DNA of 64,000 bases from a virus (taxonomy: Duplodnaviria > Caudoviricetes). The notes beneath the pieces are model-generated. The model searched no databases and was not told the DNA's origin. It worked only from the letters and a program-made list of their open reading frames with translations. This document shows positions 40,386-48,931 of the stretch, piece after piece. Every line of letters begins with the position of its first letter. Within the stretch, counting starts at the first letter, position 1. A program made the position numbers and the translations under genes. The stretch is from the IMG/VR virus record IMGVR_UViG_3300033067_002106, positions 1 through 64,000 of that record; one strand, given 5' to 3'.

Positions 40386-40970
40386 ATGGAAAAAGAATTA
40401 TTAAAAAAATATATTGATGAGGGTCTCTCAATAAGAAAAATTGCTGAAAAATTAAGTTGTTCAGCAACAACAATTAGGTATTATTTAAACAAATTTGATT
40501 TGGTAAGCAAATGGCATCAGCCAAATAAATTTAATGTTGAAGTAATTAGAAAATTATGTGAAGAAAAAATTAGTATTTCTGAAATTTTACGTGAATTAAA
40601 TTTACATGTTAGCAACACTAATTTTTTATCTATAAAGAGATTTGCAAAAAAAAATAATATTATATTGCCTAAAAATGGAAATAAAAGCGGAAATAAACGA
40701 TTTCCAAAAAGAACGAATAGTGAAATTTTTTGTGTAAATAGTCCCGTTAGTAGGGGGGTGGTAAGAAAACGATTATTAGAAGAAGGTCGAGGTGAAAAAT
40801 GTGAATTATGTACACAAGGTATTGAATGGAACGGAAGAAAAATATCTATGATATTAGACCATATTAATGGGGTTCCAGACGATAATAGACGTGAAAATTT
40901 AAGATTTATATGCCCAAATTGCGACTCAACATTAGACACATTTTGTGGGCGAAATAAAAGATATAAATAA
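40386..40970 (+). CDS. HNH homing endonuclease with N-terminal HTH
   Basis: CELC...LDHING...NRRENLRFICPNCDS. Confidence 0.85.
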   Translation: MEKELLKKYIDEGLSIRKIAEKLSCSATTIRYYLNKFDLVSKWHQPNKFNVEVIRKLCEEKISISEILRELNLHVSNTNFLSIKRFAKKNNIILPKNGNKSGNKRFPKRTNSEIFCVNSPVSRGVVRKRLLEEGRGEKCELCTQGIEWNGRKISMILDHINGVPDDNRRENLRFICPNCDSTLDTFCGRNKRYK

Positions 40971-40971
40971 T

Positions 40972-41042
40972 GTGGGTGTAGCTTAAAGGTAAAGCGATGG
41001 TCTCTAAAACCATTGTTGACAGTTCGATTCTGTTCATCCATA
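40972..41042 (+). tRNA. Amber suppressor tRNA(CTA), Trp-like body
   Basis: ATGGT-CTCTAAA-ACCAT anticodon arm, canonical D and T arms. Confidence 0.8.
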
Positions 41043-41050
41043 CAGATACT

Positions 41051-41074
41051 GTGGGTTCGAATCCCGTATATCCA
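41051..41074 (+). pseudogene. 3' remnant of tRNA (T arm + degenerate acceptor)
   Basis: GTGGG-TTCGAAT-CCCGT-ATATCCA. Confidence 0.5.
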
Positions 41075-41235
41075 ACTAACAATAATGTTAATTAAAAATT
41101 TAAAGCTATGATGTAGATTATTAGGGGACCAACTTAAGTTTTAATCTGGACACTAACTTGGACAAAGTGTCCAGATAATCATCCAAGTCCAAAAAAAAAA
41201 AATAACACAATAAAAAACAAATTAAAACTTAAGTT

Positions 41236-41550
41236 ATGAAACAGAATCCCACAACCGCAATCAAATGTAAATTTTCAAATGCTGTACACAAAATGTTAGA
41301 ACCTAATACGGATATCAAACAACGTGATAGGTGGCGACACAGAGATAAGTATAAGCTCACCGACAAACAAAAGCTTGAAATGTTTGAAGAAATCTTAAAG
41401 CTTCATGCTGAATGTTCAAAAGAGTTAACAACTTATCAGTATGACAGACGAGAAAAGAAAAGAGTTCAAAAAGCACGTATTGCACGTGGTTATGTACCTA
41501 AGAAAAAGACCAAAAAAGATGATTATTTAAAGGCTGTTAAATCAGCATAA
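41236..41550 (+). CDS. Hypothetical basic protein
   Basis: 104-aa ORF followed by a GC hairpin (41551-41579). Confidence 0.6.
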   Translation: MKQNPTTAIKCKFSNAVHKMLEPNTDIKQRDRWRHRDKYKLTDKQKLEMFEEILKLHAECSKELTTYQYDRREKKRVQKARIARGYVPKKKTKKDDYLKAVKSA

Positions 41551-41632
41551 AAATGGGGGCATATGCCCCCATTTCTTTTAAGATATATTTGGTGTTTTCC
41601 GAAAAATTTCCTATGTTTGTAGTATAAAACAA

Positions 41633-43597
41633 ATGATAATGAAAAAAATCATCACATTTCTAGCAATTCTGATTGGTTTTCAGGGACTTACACAAGATAC
41701 CCTAAAGATTATAACCCTTGAAAGGGCCTTGGTAACTAGTGTTAGGGCGGATAAAAAAACCCCTATAACACAGAAAACAATCGGGGATACATCCATACAG
41801 GAAACATATCAGGGTCAGGAGATTCCGATGCTTTTAGGCTCTCAGCCATCAATAAATTCAAATAGTGATGGTGGTCATCCATTCGGTTATAGTTATTTTA
41901 GTCTTAGAGGGGCTAGTCAAAGCAGAATCAATATGACGCTTAATGGTGTACCACTTAATGAACCGGAAGACCATGGTGTATATACATCAAACTATCCAAG
42001 CTTTATTAATTCAATTCAATCGATTCAAATACAAAGAGGTGTTGGAACATCCTCTAACGGTGCTGCATCGTTTATTGGGTCTATTAATTTTCAAACAAAA
42101 AATGGTCTTAAAAAAGCGACAGATATTCAGTTGGGTGCCGGTGCTTTCAATACGCTACGGTTTAATGCTTCAACAGCATCTGGATTAAATAAAAACAACA
42201 TTGCATATGTGGTAAATATTGGTGGAATCAGAACCGATGGTTTCCGTGAAAACTCTGGAAGTGTTGGTGGTTCAGTATTTACAAGTCTTGGTTATTTTGG
42301 AAATAAAAGAATCACCAAGGTAGTATTTTTTTCTGGTCAGAGTAAAAACAAAATGGCGTGGGATGGCTCAGATGAAAGTGTTTTGAAAACAAACTTTAGG
42401 GACAATCCAAGAGGTTTGGATAATACGGATTTGTTCACCCAATCCCATATTCAATTACACAATGTAAACATGTTCAGTAAGAAATTTAAACTTACAACAA
42501 CTGTTTTTTATAATCATTTAAGGGGCCATTACGATGTTTATAGCATGAAGGATATTTCAGCCATTGGTTATTATGCCGCCGAAAAACAATCATCTAATTG
42601 GTTTGGCTATATCAATCAATTCGATTATAAATCACGTACAACCAATCTTAGCGTTGGTGTGTCATTAAACACATATAAACGGAACCACAATGGTGTTAAA
42701 TATTATGATAGCACAACAAGCTTAGAATATAGCAACCATGGAGTAAAGAATGAGGCTAGTGGGTTTGTTAAGGTAAACTTTGGTGATGATGTGGTCAGAT
42801 TTTATGCTGACCTCCAAGGCCGTTACATTGATTTTAAATATCTGGGTGATGTTCCAATGAATAAACAATCATGGTTCTTTATAAATCCAAAGATTGGTCT
42901 AAAGATATTCTTCAACAAGGATATCGATGTTTATTCCAGTTTAGCAATATCCCACAGGGAACCAACAAGGTCAGTTTTATTTGGTGGTGGATTTTATTTA
43001 ACAACATTAAATTTGATTAAACCTGAAGAGGTTATCGATTTCGAACTTGGAACAAACTATAAAACGGACAGGCTCAGACTTCAATCCAATATTTTTTACA
43101 TGGCGTTTAGGAATGAAATTATTCCAGCTGGTCCAATAGGTTCAAATAGCCTACCAACAATGATTAATGTTGATAAAAGCAAAAGATATGGACTTGAAGT
43201 TGACGCTCAATATGCTTTATCAGACAGGGTTTCATATGATGGTAATCTTACTCTTTCACGGAGCCAATTCGGGGACCAAAAAAATGAACAACTGTTTTCA
43301 CCAAGAGTAATGTTTAATCAATCTATAACGCTTGAATATCGAGAACTATCACTTGGGGTAAACCAAACTGTTTTTTCTAAATCATACATTGATATTACAA
43401 ACACAAACTCAATGGCTGGTTATTTTGTGTATGGGGTTAATGTGTCTTATGAAAAAAATAATTATAGGGTCAGCATACAAGCCAATAACATAACAGATAA
43501 AAAATATTATTCGAATGGTTATGTTGCAAATGGTGTGAGATATCTTTATCCAAATGCTCTAGCCAGCTATTATGTGACGGTTAAAATTAGGTTATGA
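41633..43597 (+). CDS. TonB-dependent outer-membrane receptor
   Basis: Signal peptide with Q+1, plug motifs FSLRG...NGVPLN and IQIQRG...GSINF, beta-barrel pattern. Confidence 0.9.
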   Translation: MIMKKIITFLAILIGFQGLTQDTLKIITLERALVTSVRADKKTPITQKTIGDTSIQETYQGQEIPMLLGSQPSINSNSDGGHPFGYSYFSLRGASQSRINMTLNGVPLNEPEDHGVYTSNYPSFINSIQSIQIQRGVGTSSNGAASFIGSINFQTKNGLKKATDIQLGAGAFNTLRFNASTASGLNKNNIAYVVNIGGIRTDGFRENSGSVGGSVFTSLGYFGNKRITKVVFFSGQSKNKMAWDGSDESVLKTNFRDNPRGLDNTDLFTQSHIQLHNVNMFSKKFKLTTTVFYNHLRGHYDVYSMKDISAIGYYAAEKQSSNWFGYINQFDYKSRTTNLSVGVSLNTYKRNHNGVKYYDSTTSLEYSNHGVKNEASGFVKVNFGDDVVRFYADLQGRYIDFKYLGDVPMNKQSWFFINPKIGLKIFFNKDIDVYSSLAISHREPTRSVLFGGGFYLTTLNLIKPEEVIDFELGTNYKTDRLRLQSNIFYMAFRNEIIPAGPIGSNSLPTMINVDKSKRYGLEVDAQYALSDRVSYDGNLTLSRSQFGDQKNEQLFSPRVMFNQSITLEYRELSLGVNQTVFSKSYIDITNTNSMAGYFVYGVNVSYEKNNYRVSIQANNITDKKYYSNGYVANGVRYLYPNALASYYVTVKIRL

Positions 43598-44136
43598 TAG
43601 AGATAATTGCAGTTGTGTTTTCTTTATTATCGGTTTATCTTACAATAAAGATGAAGGTCGTTAATTGGCCAATTGGGATAATCGGAATCATCGCATATCT
43701 TATATTATTTTGTCAACAACATCTTTATGGACAAGCTGTCCTTCAGTTAATCTTTATTATTCAATCAATTTATGGTTGGATTGTTTGGAAGAAATATAAT
43801 GAGCGTGAACTTTGTTTTATTCCGATGAACACATTTCTGAGGCATTTAATGGCTACAATTGTTTTGATTTGTGTAATGACCTTTGTTCTCGGTAAATATA
43901 CAGACAACCCACAACCAGCGTTTGATTCAATTACGACATTATTCAGTTTATTGGCAACATGGTACATGGCAAAAAAGATTATTTACAATTGGTTGGTCTG
44001 GCTGATGGCTGACATATATTTTGTTTTGATGTTTCTTGAACAAAAAATGTATTGGTCTGTTGGACTATATTTTATACTTATATTTTTAGTAATTAAAGGT
44101 TTAATAGAATGGGGAAGAAATTCAACGACGGCTTAG
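43594..44136 (+). CDS. pnuC: PnuC-family nicotinamide riboside transporter
   Basis: NWPIGI, LQ...SIYGW..W, DSITT..S..A.W..A.K, WLVW. Confidence 0.9.
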   Translation: MIEIIAVVFSLLSVYLTIKMKVVNWPIGIIGIIAYLILFCQQHLYGQAVLQLIFIIQSIYGWIVWKKYNERELCFIPMNTFLRHLMATIVLICVMTFVLGKYTDNPQPAFDSITTLFSLLATWYMAKKIIYNWLVWLMADIYFVLMFLEQKMYWSVGLYFILIFLVIKGLIEWGRNSTTA

Positions 44137-45119
44137 TTCTTGGTAAGTTCATGCCGCCACAAAATGGTCACCTGTATCTCATTGATACAGCTGCATCACA
44201 ATGCAACACACTTCATGTAATGGTATGCTCAGACGAAACCCAACCAATTCCGGGTGAGTTACGTTATAAATGGTTTCGTGAGATATATAAAAATCAACCA
44301 AACATAAGAATCATTTGGTGTCAGGACCCAAATCCACAATACCCGAATGAGTGTGAATCGGTTGATATCTTTTATAACAAATATTGGGTACCCAGCGTAT
44401 ACAAACACATCAAAAAATTGGATGTTGTATTTACATCTGAAGAATATGGCGATGAGTTTGGTAGATATTTAGGTGTACCTCACGTACAAGTTGACCAACC
44501 AAGAAGTCACTATGCAGTTTCTGGAACAGCTGTCAGAACAGACCCATATACCAATTGGAAGTATATCCCAAGACCCGTAAGGCCTTATTACACAAAAAAA
44601 GTTGTTGTAATGGGACCAGAATCGGTTGGTAAGTCAACACTGATGAAAAAGTTAGCGGTACATTATGATACGTATTATGTTGAAGAGTATGGACGAACAT
44701 ATACTGAACTTAGCGGAACACATAGTATTTCTAATCAGGACTTCATTAATATTGCCGAAGGTCAGGTTGAATTGATTGAAAAAACAATTAATAAGGGAGA
44801 AAAGGTTATATTTGTGGATACTGAGGCCATGACAACAAAAATTTTTGGTGAGATGTATCTGGGGAATGAATTCGACCCAACAAATATTAATAAAATCATC
44901 AAAAACCAAAAATTTGACCTGTATTTACTCTTGGATATTGATGTACCATGGGTTGATGATGGTACTCGTGAATTTCCACATGCAAGGGTTGAACATTTTG
45001 AGCGAATCAAGAAAGAATTGACCGATAATAACATATCTTACGTTTTGATTAGTGGGGATTATAATGAAAGATTTGAAAAAGCCGTAAAAGAAGTGGATAA
45101 ACTGGGATATTTATATTGA
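44109..45119 (+). CDS. nadR: NadR-like NMN adenylyltransferase / nicotinamide riboside kinase
   Basis: LGKFMPPQNGH, SGTAVR, GPESVGKSTL, EEYGR, WVDDGTR; no HTH. Confidence 0.9.
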   Translation: MGKKFNDGLVLGKFMPPQNGHLYLIDTAASQCNTLHVMVCSDETQPIPGELRYKWFREIYKNQPNIRIIWCQDPNPQYPNECESVDIFYNKYWVPSVYKHIKKLDVVFTSEEYGDEFGRYLGVPHVQVDQPRSHYAVSGTAVRTDPYTNWKYIPRPVRPYYTKKVVVMGPESVGKSTLMKKLAVHYDTYYVEEYGRTYTELSGTHSISNQDFINIAEGQVELIEKTINKGEKVIFVDTEAMTTKIFGEMYLGNEFDPTNINKIIKNQKFDLYLLLDIDVPWVDDGTREFPHARVEHFERIKKELTDNNISYVLISGDYNERFEKAVKEVDKLGYLY

Positions 45120-45132
45120 AACGCTAAAAGCG

Positions 45133-46296
45133 ATGAAAACGTTTATTAAAGAACAACTAAGAAGATTTATTTTAATGGAACAAAGGATTAAATATGATAT
45201 GCATATTCCTGATGATATCTTAGCAATCAAAGACGTTTTTAAAAAGAACGGCTATAAGCTATATGTTGTTGGTGGAGCGGTTCGTGATGCTATCCTAGGC
45301 AAAACACCAAAAGACTTTGACCTAGCAACCGATGCTGTTCCAGACAAGGTTGAAGAAATAATGAAAAATGCTGGATTGAAAACCCTTCCAACCGGAAAAG
45401 CTTTTGGTGTAATAAATGTTTTTACAAATAAAGGTGAATATGAGATAGCTACCTTCCGTGAGGATAGCTCTACTGGTGATGGCCGTAGACCAGACTCAGT
45501 TAGCTTTACAAACATCGAGGGTGACGTTAAACGACGAGATTTGACCATCAACGCCCTTTTCTATGATATAGATACACATGAGGTGGTTGACTTGGTTGGG
45601 GGCGTAAATGACCTTAAAAACGGTGTGGTGAGAACCGTGGGAAGTCCAGAAGAAAGGTTCAACGAAGATAAGCTTAGGATTCTTAGGGCCATCAGATTTG
45701 CTGGTCGGTTTGGTTCTGGTTTGGACCCTGCTGTGGATGCCGCATTAATGAAAGATGCTAGCCTTCAAGGAATATCTGGTGAAAGAATCAGAGATGAATT
45801 CCTTAAGGGTATCAAATCATCCAAATCAGTTGTTCAATTTTTAAGACTTATCGATAAATACAACCTGTTTGACTGGATATTTAGGGGGTTAAAGGTTAAT
45901 AAAGAATTTGTGGAAGACAAGGACCCAATCCTTGTAATAGCTAACCTATTGAAATTCAATGAATCTTCAGTACTCAACAAACAATTAAATGTTTATAAGT
46001 ATACCATTGAAGAAATACGAGCTATTACATTCTTAATCAATCTTTTAAAATTGAGTCCAGAAACAGCTGTTGCACTGAAGAGAGCCCAAAAGATTTCTGG
46101 TGTATCAGATGAACAAATTAGAAAGTTTGGCCATCAGGAAGGGTTGAATTCTAAGCTTTTAGAAGCTTTTTTGAAGTTTAGATTAACTGTAAATGGTGAA
46201 CAACTCATGCAACAGCTTAATATGAAGCCGGGAAAGGAACTTGGTGATGCAATAAATAAGGCTGAATACGATAATTTTAAAAAATTGTTGGGGTAA
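45133..46296 (+). CDS. cca: CCA tRNA nucleotidyltransferase (class II)
   Basis: YVVGGAVRD, DFD, RRDLTINAL, EDKLRILRAIRF. Confidence 0.9.
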   Translation: MKTFIKEQLRRFILMEQRIKYDMHIPDDILAIKDVFKKNGYKLYVVGGAVRDAILGKTPKDFDLATDAVPDKVEEIMKNAGLKTLPTGKAFGVINVFTNKGEYEIATFREDSSTGDGRRPDSVSFTNIEGDVKRRDLTINALFYDIDTHEVVDLVGGVNDLKNGVVRTVGSPEERFNEDKLRILRAIRFAGRFGSGLDPAVDAALMKDASLQGISGERIRDEFLKGIKSSKSVVQFLRLIDKYNLFDWIFRGLKVNKEFVEDKDPILVIANLLKFNESSVLNKQLNVYKYTIEEIRAITFLINLLKLSPETAVALKRAQKISGVSDEQIRKFGHQEGLNSKLLEAFLKFRLTVNGEQLMQQLNMKPGKELGDAINKAEYDNFKKLLG

Positions 46297-46370
46297 AATT
46301 TGCACGAACTGATTTTTTGTCGTATCTTTGTGTTCTTAATTGTATAATAAATTATTAAATCAAAGTACAC

Positions 46371-46613
46371 ATGTCTAAAACACAAACACAAAAAACCAGA
46401 ACGCAAGTTTCCGTTGAAAACGGTATCAAAGTTTTAAAACTTGCAATCAGAGGAAAACTTTCCTTGTCTGAAGCCTCAAGAAGAAATTCTTTTGGAAGAA
46501 ACTACGTTTCTGATGTAAAAGCAAGAATTGCTGATAACTACAGAAACAAGAATGTTGATAAAGAAACTTATCAAACATTCAAAACACTTTTGAAAACCTA
46601 CGCAACTCTTTAA
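46371..46613 (+). CDS. Small basic, possible HTH protein
   Basis: LSLSEASRR pattern; TATCTTTG promoter upstream. Confidence 0.55.
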   Translation: MSKTQTQKTRTQVSVENGIKVLKLAIRGKLSLSEASRRNSFGRNYVSDVKARIADNYRNKNVDKETYQTFKTLLKTYATL

Positions 46614-46687
46614 GGTTACAAAGGACATCAATTCAAAGAAATAATTATGGCGCTATTCAAAGTAGCGCCATATTTATTTAAAAAAAT

Positions 46688-47032
46688 ATGGCAAGGTATA
46701 TAGCAATCTTCACGGATAATCATAATGAAGAATTTGATGTTAACGGATTCAAAACAATGACAGAACGTGAAGTTGAGAATTTTGAGAATTTAGCAATGAG
46801 TATTACATGGGAATTTAGTTATCGTGCAAATGACGAAGCCCTAACCTATGTGAGTGGTGAGGATTTACTATCAAGAATAGAATTCAAAGAGATATCCAAG
46901 GCTGAATATGACTCGTTGGAGAAAGTGTTTGGTGGTGAATTTGGCACCTTTATCAGTGAAGAATATCTTGAAACAATCATTGATGATGAGGAAGGCCCAG
47001 ATACTGAAGATTGGGATGAAGAGGACCAATAA
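46688..47032 (+). CDS. Hypothetical acidic protein
   Basis: 114-aa ORF after TATTTAT. Confidence 0.6.
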   Translation: MARYIAIFTDNHNEEFDVNGFKTMTEREVENFENLAMSITWEFSYRANDEALTYVSGEDLLSRIEFKEISKAEYDSLEKVFGGEFGTFISEEYLETIIDDEEGPDTEDWDEEDQ

Positions 47033-47265
47033 AAAAATATTTAAAAAAAAGTCAGAAAAAACTTGTTTATTTGGAAAAGTTTTGTATATTTGCATTCTAA
47101 TTGATAACAATCCACGCAGTAACTGAGACCAATGGATTGGGTGTTAAGCCTGAATAAGAAGCTGGTAAAACCGATAAATTTGTTTCTCAGCAAGTGCTTC
47201 TAAAAGAAACTGACACAAATATCAATTAGATTTTTGATTTTTTTGCTTTTTTTAATTTTGTAACA

Positions 47266-47272
47266 TATTTAT
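47266..47272 (+). promoter_or_regulatory. TATTTAT putative late promoter motif (representative)
   Basis: Recurs shortly upstream of starts at 3125, 6099, 18307, 21901, 23706, 34961, 38800, 38930, 40375, 45108, 50192, 53028. Confidence 0.65.
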
Positions 47273-47303
47273 TACTTAACGGGTAACCCATAAACATAAA
47301 ACA

Positions 47304-47402
47304 ATGAGAACTATTAACATACATATGAATTCGATTAATTGGAGACGCAATAGTCATTCAAATCGACAGGTCATGCTTAATAGTGACGATACTTGGGGAT
47401 AA
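47304..47402 (+). CDS. Leader peptide, 32 aa: MRTINIHMNSINWRRNSHSNRQVMLNSDDTWG
   Basis: ATG 47304, TAA 47400-47402, 20 nt before a strong terminator. Confidence 0.75.
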   Translation: MRTINIHMNSINWRRNSHSNRQVMLNSDDTWG

Positions 47403-47422
47403 CCCAGCAATCAAAATACTTT

Positions 47423-47457
47423 AAAGCCTCTGACCCAGAAATCAGAGGCTTTTTTTT
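47423..47457 (+). terminator. Attenuator-type terminator upstream of tRNA array
   Basis: AAAGCCTCTGA/TCAGAGGCTTT 11-bp stem plus 8-T run. Confidence 0.85.
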
Positions 47458-47460
47458 ATT

Positions 47461-47631
47461 ATGTTAGATGAAAGATACAAGAAACTAGGTAGTGAAACAC
47501 AAAAAAATCTAAATACTGATTTTGACAGAATATATGAGAAGTACAAAGAGAAAGCATTGGAGCTGGGGTTTATGGGTGAATTGAAGTTTGTGAAGGAACG
47601 TGGAAGAGTGTTGATTTATGTAGTTATTTGA
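47461..47631 (+). CDS. 56-aa hypothetical protein (not in ORF track)
   Basis: MLDERYKKLG...GRVLIYVVI*, first gene after the attenuator. Confidence 0.6.
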   Translation: MLDERYKKLGSETQKNLNTDFDRIYEKYKEKALELGFMGELKFVKERGRVLIYVVI

Positions 47632-47647
47632 AATAGATTTTATATAC

Positions 47648-47718
47648 ACAGGTATGGTGCAATGGTAGCATACGAGTCTCCAAAACTTTTGATGTGGGTT
47701 CGAATCCTACTACCTGTG
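47648..47718 (+). tRNA. tRNA-Trp(CCA)
   Basis: Canonical cloverleaf, loop CTCCAAA, G73. Confidence 0.85.
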
Positions 47719-47815
47719 CATTGTGCATCGCCTAGCCTCTTATTGGCTCTCTAAACCAATTACGAAGCGATTCCCTAACGCAAGGGAGATACGTTAATAA
47801 TAAGAATGTATCACA

Positions 47816-47899
47816 CACCTCGGCTCATTGGCGTGACCAGTCGGTTCCAACCCGATAATGCGTAAGCGTGGTTAAGAGTTCGAATCTCTTCCTTGGTGC
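47816..47899 (+). tRNA. Atypical tRNA(CCA) with long variable arm
   Basis: GTCGG-TTCCAAC-CCGAT arm, AAGAG/CTCTT T arm, mismatched acceptor. Confidence 0.45.
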
Positions 47900-47903
47900 A
47901 AAT

Positions 47904-48073
47904 TGATGAGTGTTGAAAATTAAGGGCCAGAAGGCCCAACGGCAGACATGCCCCTTTGTCTCAGGGGTGGTGATAACGAGATAGATAAACAGTAACGGGT
48001 TGACCACAAGCTTGCAAGCACACATGCTGTTTACCGAATCGCACCGTGGATGGTTCGAATCCTCCCTCATCAG
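47904..48073 (+). tRNA. Expanded 170-nt tRNA-Asp(GTC)-like gene
   Basis: TGATGAG/CTCATCA-G73, CCCCT-TTGTCTC-AGGGG arm, TTCGAAT T loop; hairpin insertions in D and variable regions. Confidence 0.6.
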
Positions 48074-48215
48074 CAAAGTTTGAATGACGTAAACGTGGGA
48101 AAATTTCATTAACTGGGTTCGAATCCTAGGTCTGGGTCTAACCCAGACATTGATAACATATCAAACGATATTTAGTTTACTTGGACAACGTTCTATAAAA
48201 ATCGGAGTCCGTTAT

Positions 48216-48304
48216 GGAGAGGTCGCATAATGGTAGTGCAGCAGTCTTGAAAACTGCCGTGTCGATGATGAGTCGGCTTTAGGGTTCGAGTCCCTATCTC
48301 TCCG
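48216..48304 (+). tRNA. tRNA-Ser(TGA)
   Basis: Type II cloverleaf, loop CTTGAAA, G73. Confidence 0.9.
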
Positions 48305-48350
48305 CAAAGTAATCGAAAGAACAGTACTTAACGATTAGATTACTAGACAG

Positions 48351-48437
48351 ACCCTATTGGTCGAGAGGCTTAAGACATCTTGCGAGAAGCAGGAGGCCCC
48401 GTGAAATGGTCCGTGGGTTCGAATCCCACATAGGGTT
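48351..48437 (+). tRNA. Ser-like type II tRNA with atypical anticodon loop
   Basis: Good acceptor, T and variable arms; loop CGAGAAG lacks U33, so the anticodon is ambiguous. Confidence 0.5.
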
Positions 48438-48446
48438 TGTCAACTT

Positions 48447-48532
48447 GGAGAGTTAAGGAAGGGAAGGTCCCTCGCTTGCTTGGAAAGCAAGAACCCATTA
48501 AGTTGGGCGGTTTTCGAATAGCCAGCTCTCCT
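48447..48532 (+). tRNA. tRNA-Ser(GGA)
   Basis: CTTGC-TTGGAAA-GCAAG, long variable arm, weak T stem. Confidence 0.7.
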
Positions 48533-48544
48533 CCTTGACTTTAC

Positions 48545-48619
48545 GGTGGCGTTAGCTCAGTTGGTTAGAGCATCAGATTGTGATTCTGAGGGTCGTGGGT
48601 TCGAACCCCATACGCCACC
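48545..48619 (+). tRNA. tRNA-His(GTG)
   Basis: Canonical, G-1:C73. Confidence 0.9.
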
Positions 48620-48628
48620 CCCTGATAT

Positions 48629-48704
48629 TGTTAAGTGGTGTAATTGTAGATAGCATGACTCTAGCGCAGGGGTAGGAAGTTGGTGCAACTCCAATACTTA
48701 ACAG
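48629..48704 (+). tRNA. Degenerate tRNA-like gene, anticodon unclear
   Basis: TGTTAAG/CTTAACA acceptor, D arm and TGCAACT T loop; irregular anticodon arm. Confidence 0.35.
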
Positions 48705-48710
48705 CAACAT

Positions 48711-48801
48711 GGTGTGTGTGGTCCGAGTGGTCGAAGGAATCTGCCTGTGAAGCAGAATGAGATTATATCAAACGTCGTGGGTTCAAATCCCATCATGCAC
48801 C
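48711..48801 (+). tRNA. Type II (long variable arm) tRNA-His(GTG)
   Basis: TCTGC-CTGTGAA-GCAGA, G-1:C73, Tyr/Ser-like D arm, 20-nt variable region. Confidence 0.7.
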
Positions 48802-48846
48802 CTTTAAGATGGTTGTGAGTATACTGTAATCAGAAACTCTCAAATC

Positions 48847-48924
48847 GGTGTCGTAACCCCCCTGTCTGATACACAGGACAAAGGTAATTGGTGGGAGATA
48901 TGGGTTCGAGCCCCATCGACACCA
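48847..48924 (+). tRNA. Rearranged (D-arm-displaced) tRNA-Ile(GAT)-like gene
   Basis: Perfect acceptor, anticodon and T arms; only 7 nt between acceptor and anticodon stem; GTAATTGG follows the anticodon arm. Confidence 0.7.
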
Positions 48925-48931
48925 CAGACAA

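Noticed and set aside
41552-41632. TPP or NAD riboswitch upstream of the TBDR-pnuC-nadR cassette
   Set aside because: Only a terminator hairpin and promoter fit in the gap; no TGAGA/CTGAGA TPP core seen.
47816-47899. tRNA-Sec or opal suppressor explaining the UGA codons
   Set aside because: Loop reads TTCCAAC (CCA, not TCA). No UCA-anticodon tRNA found in this window; one could lie elsewhere in the genome.
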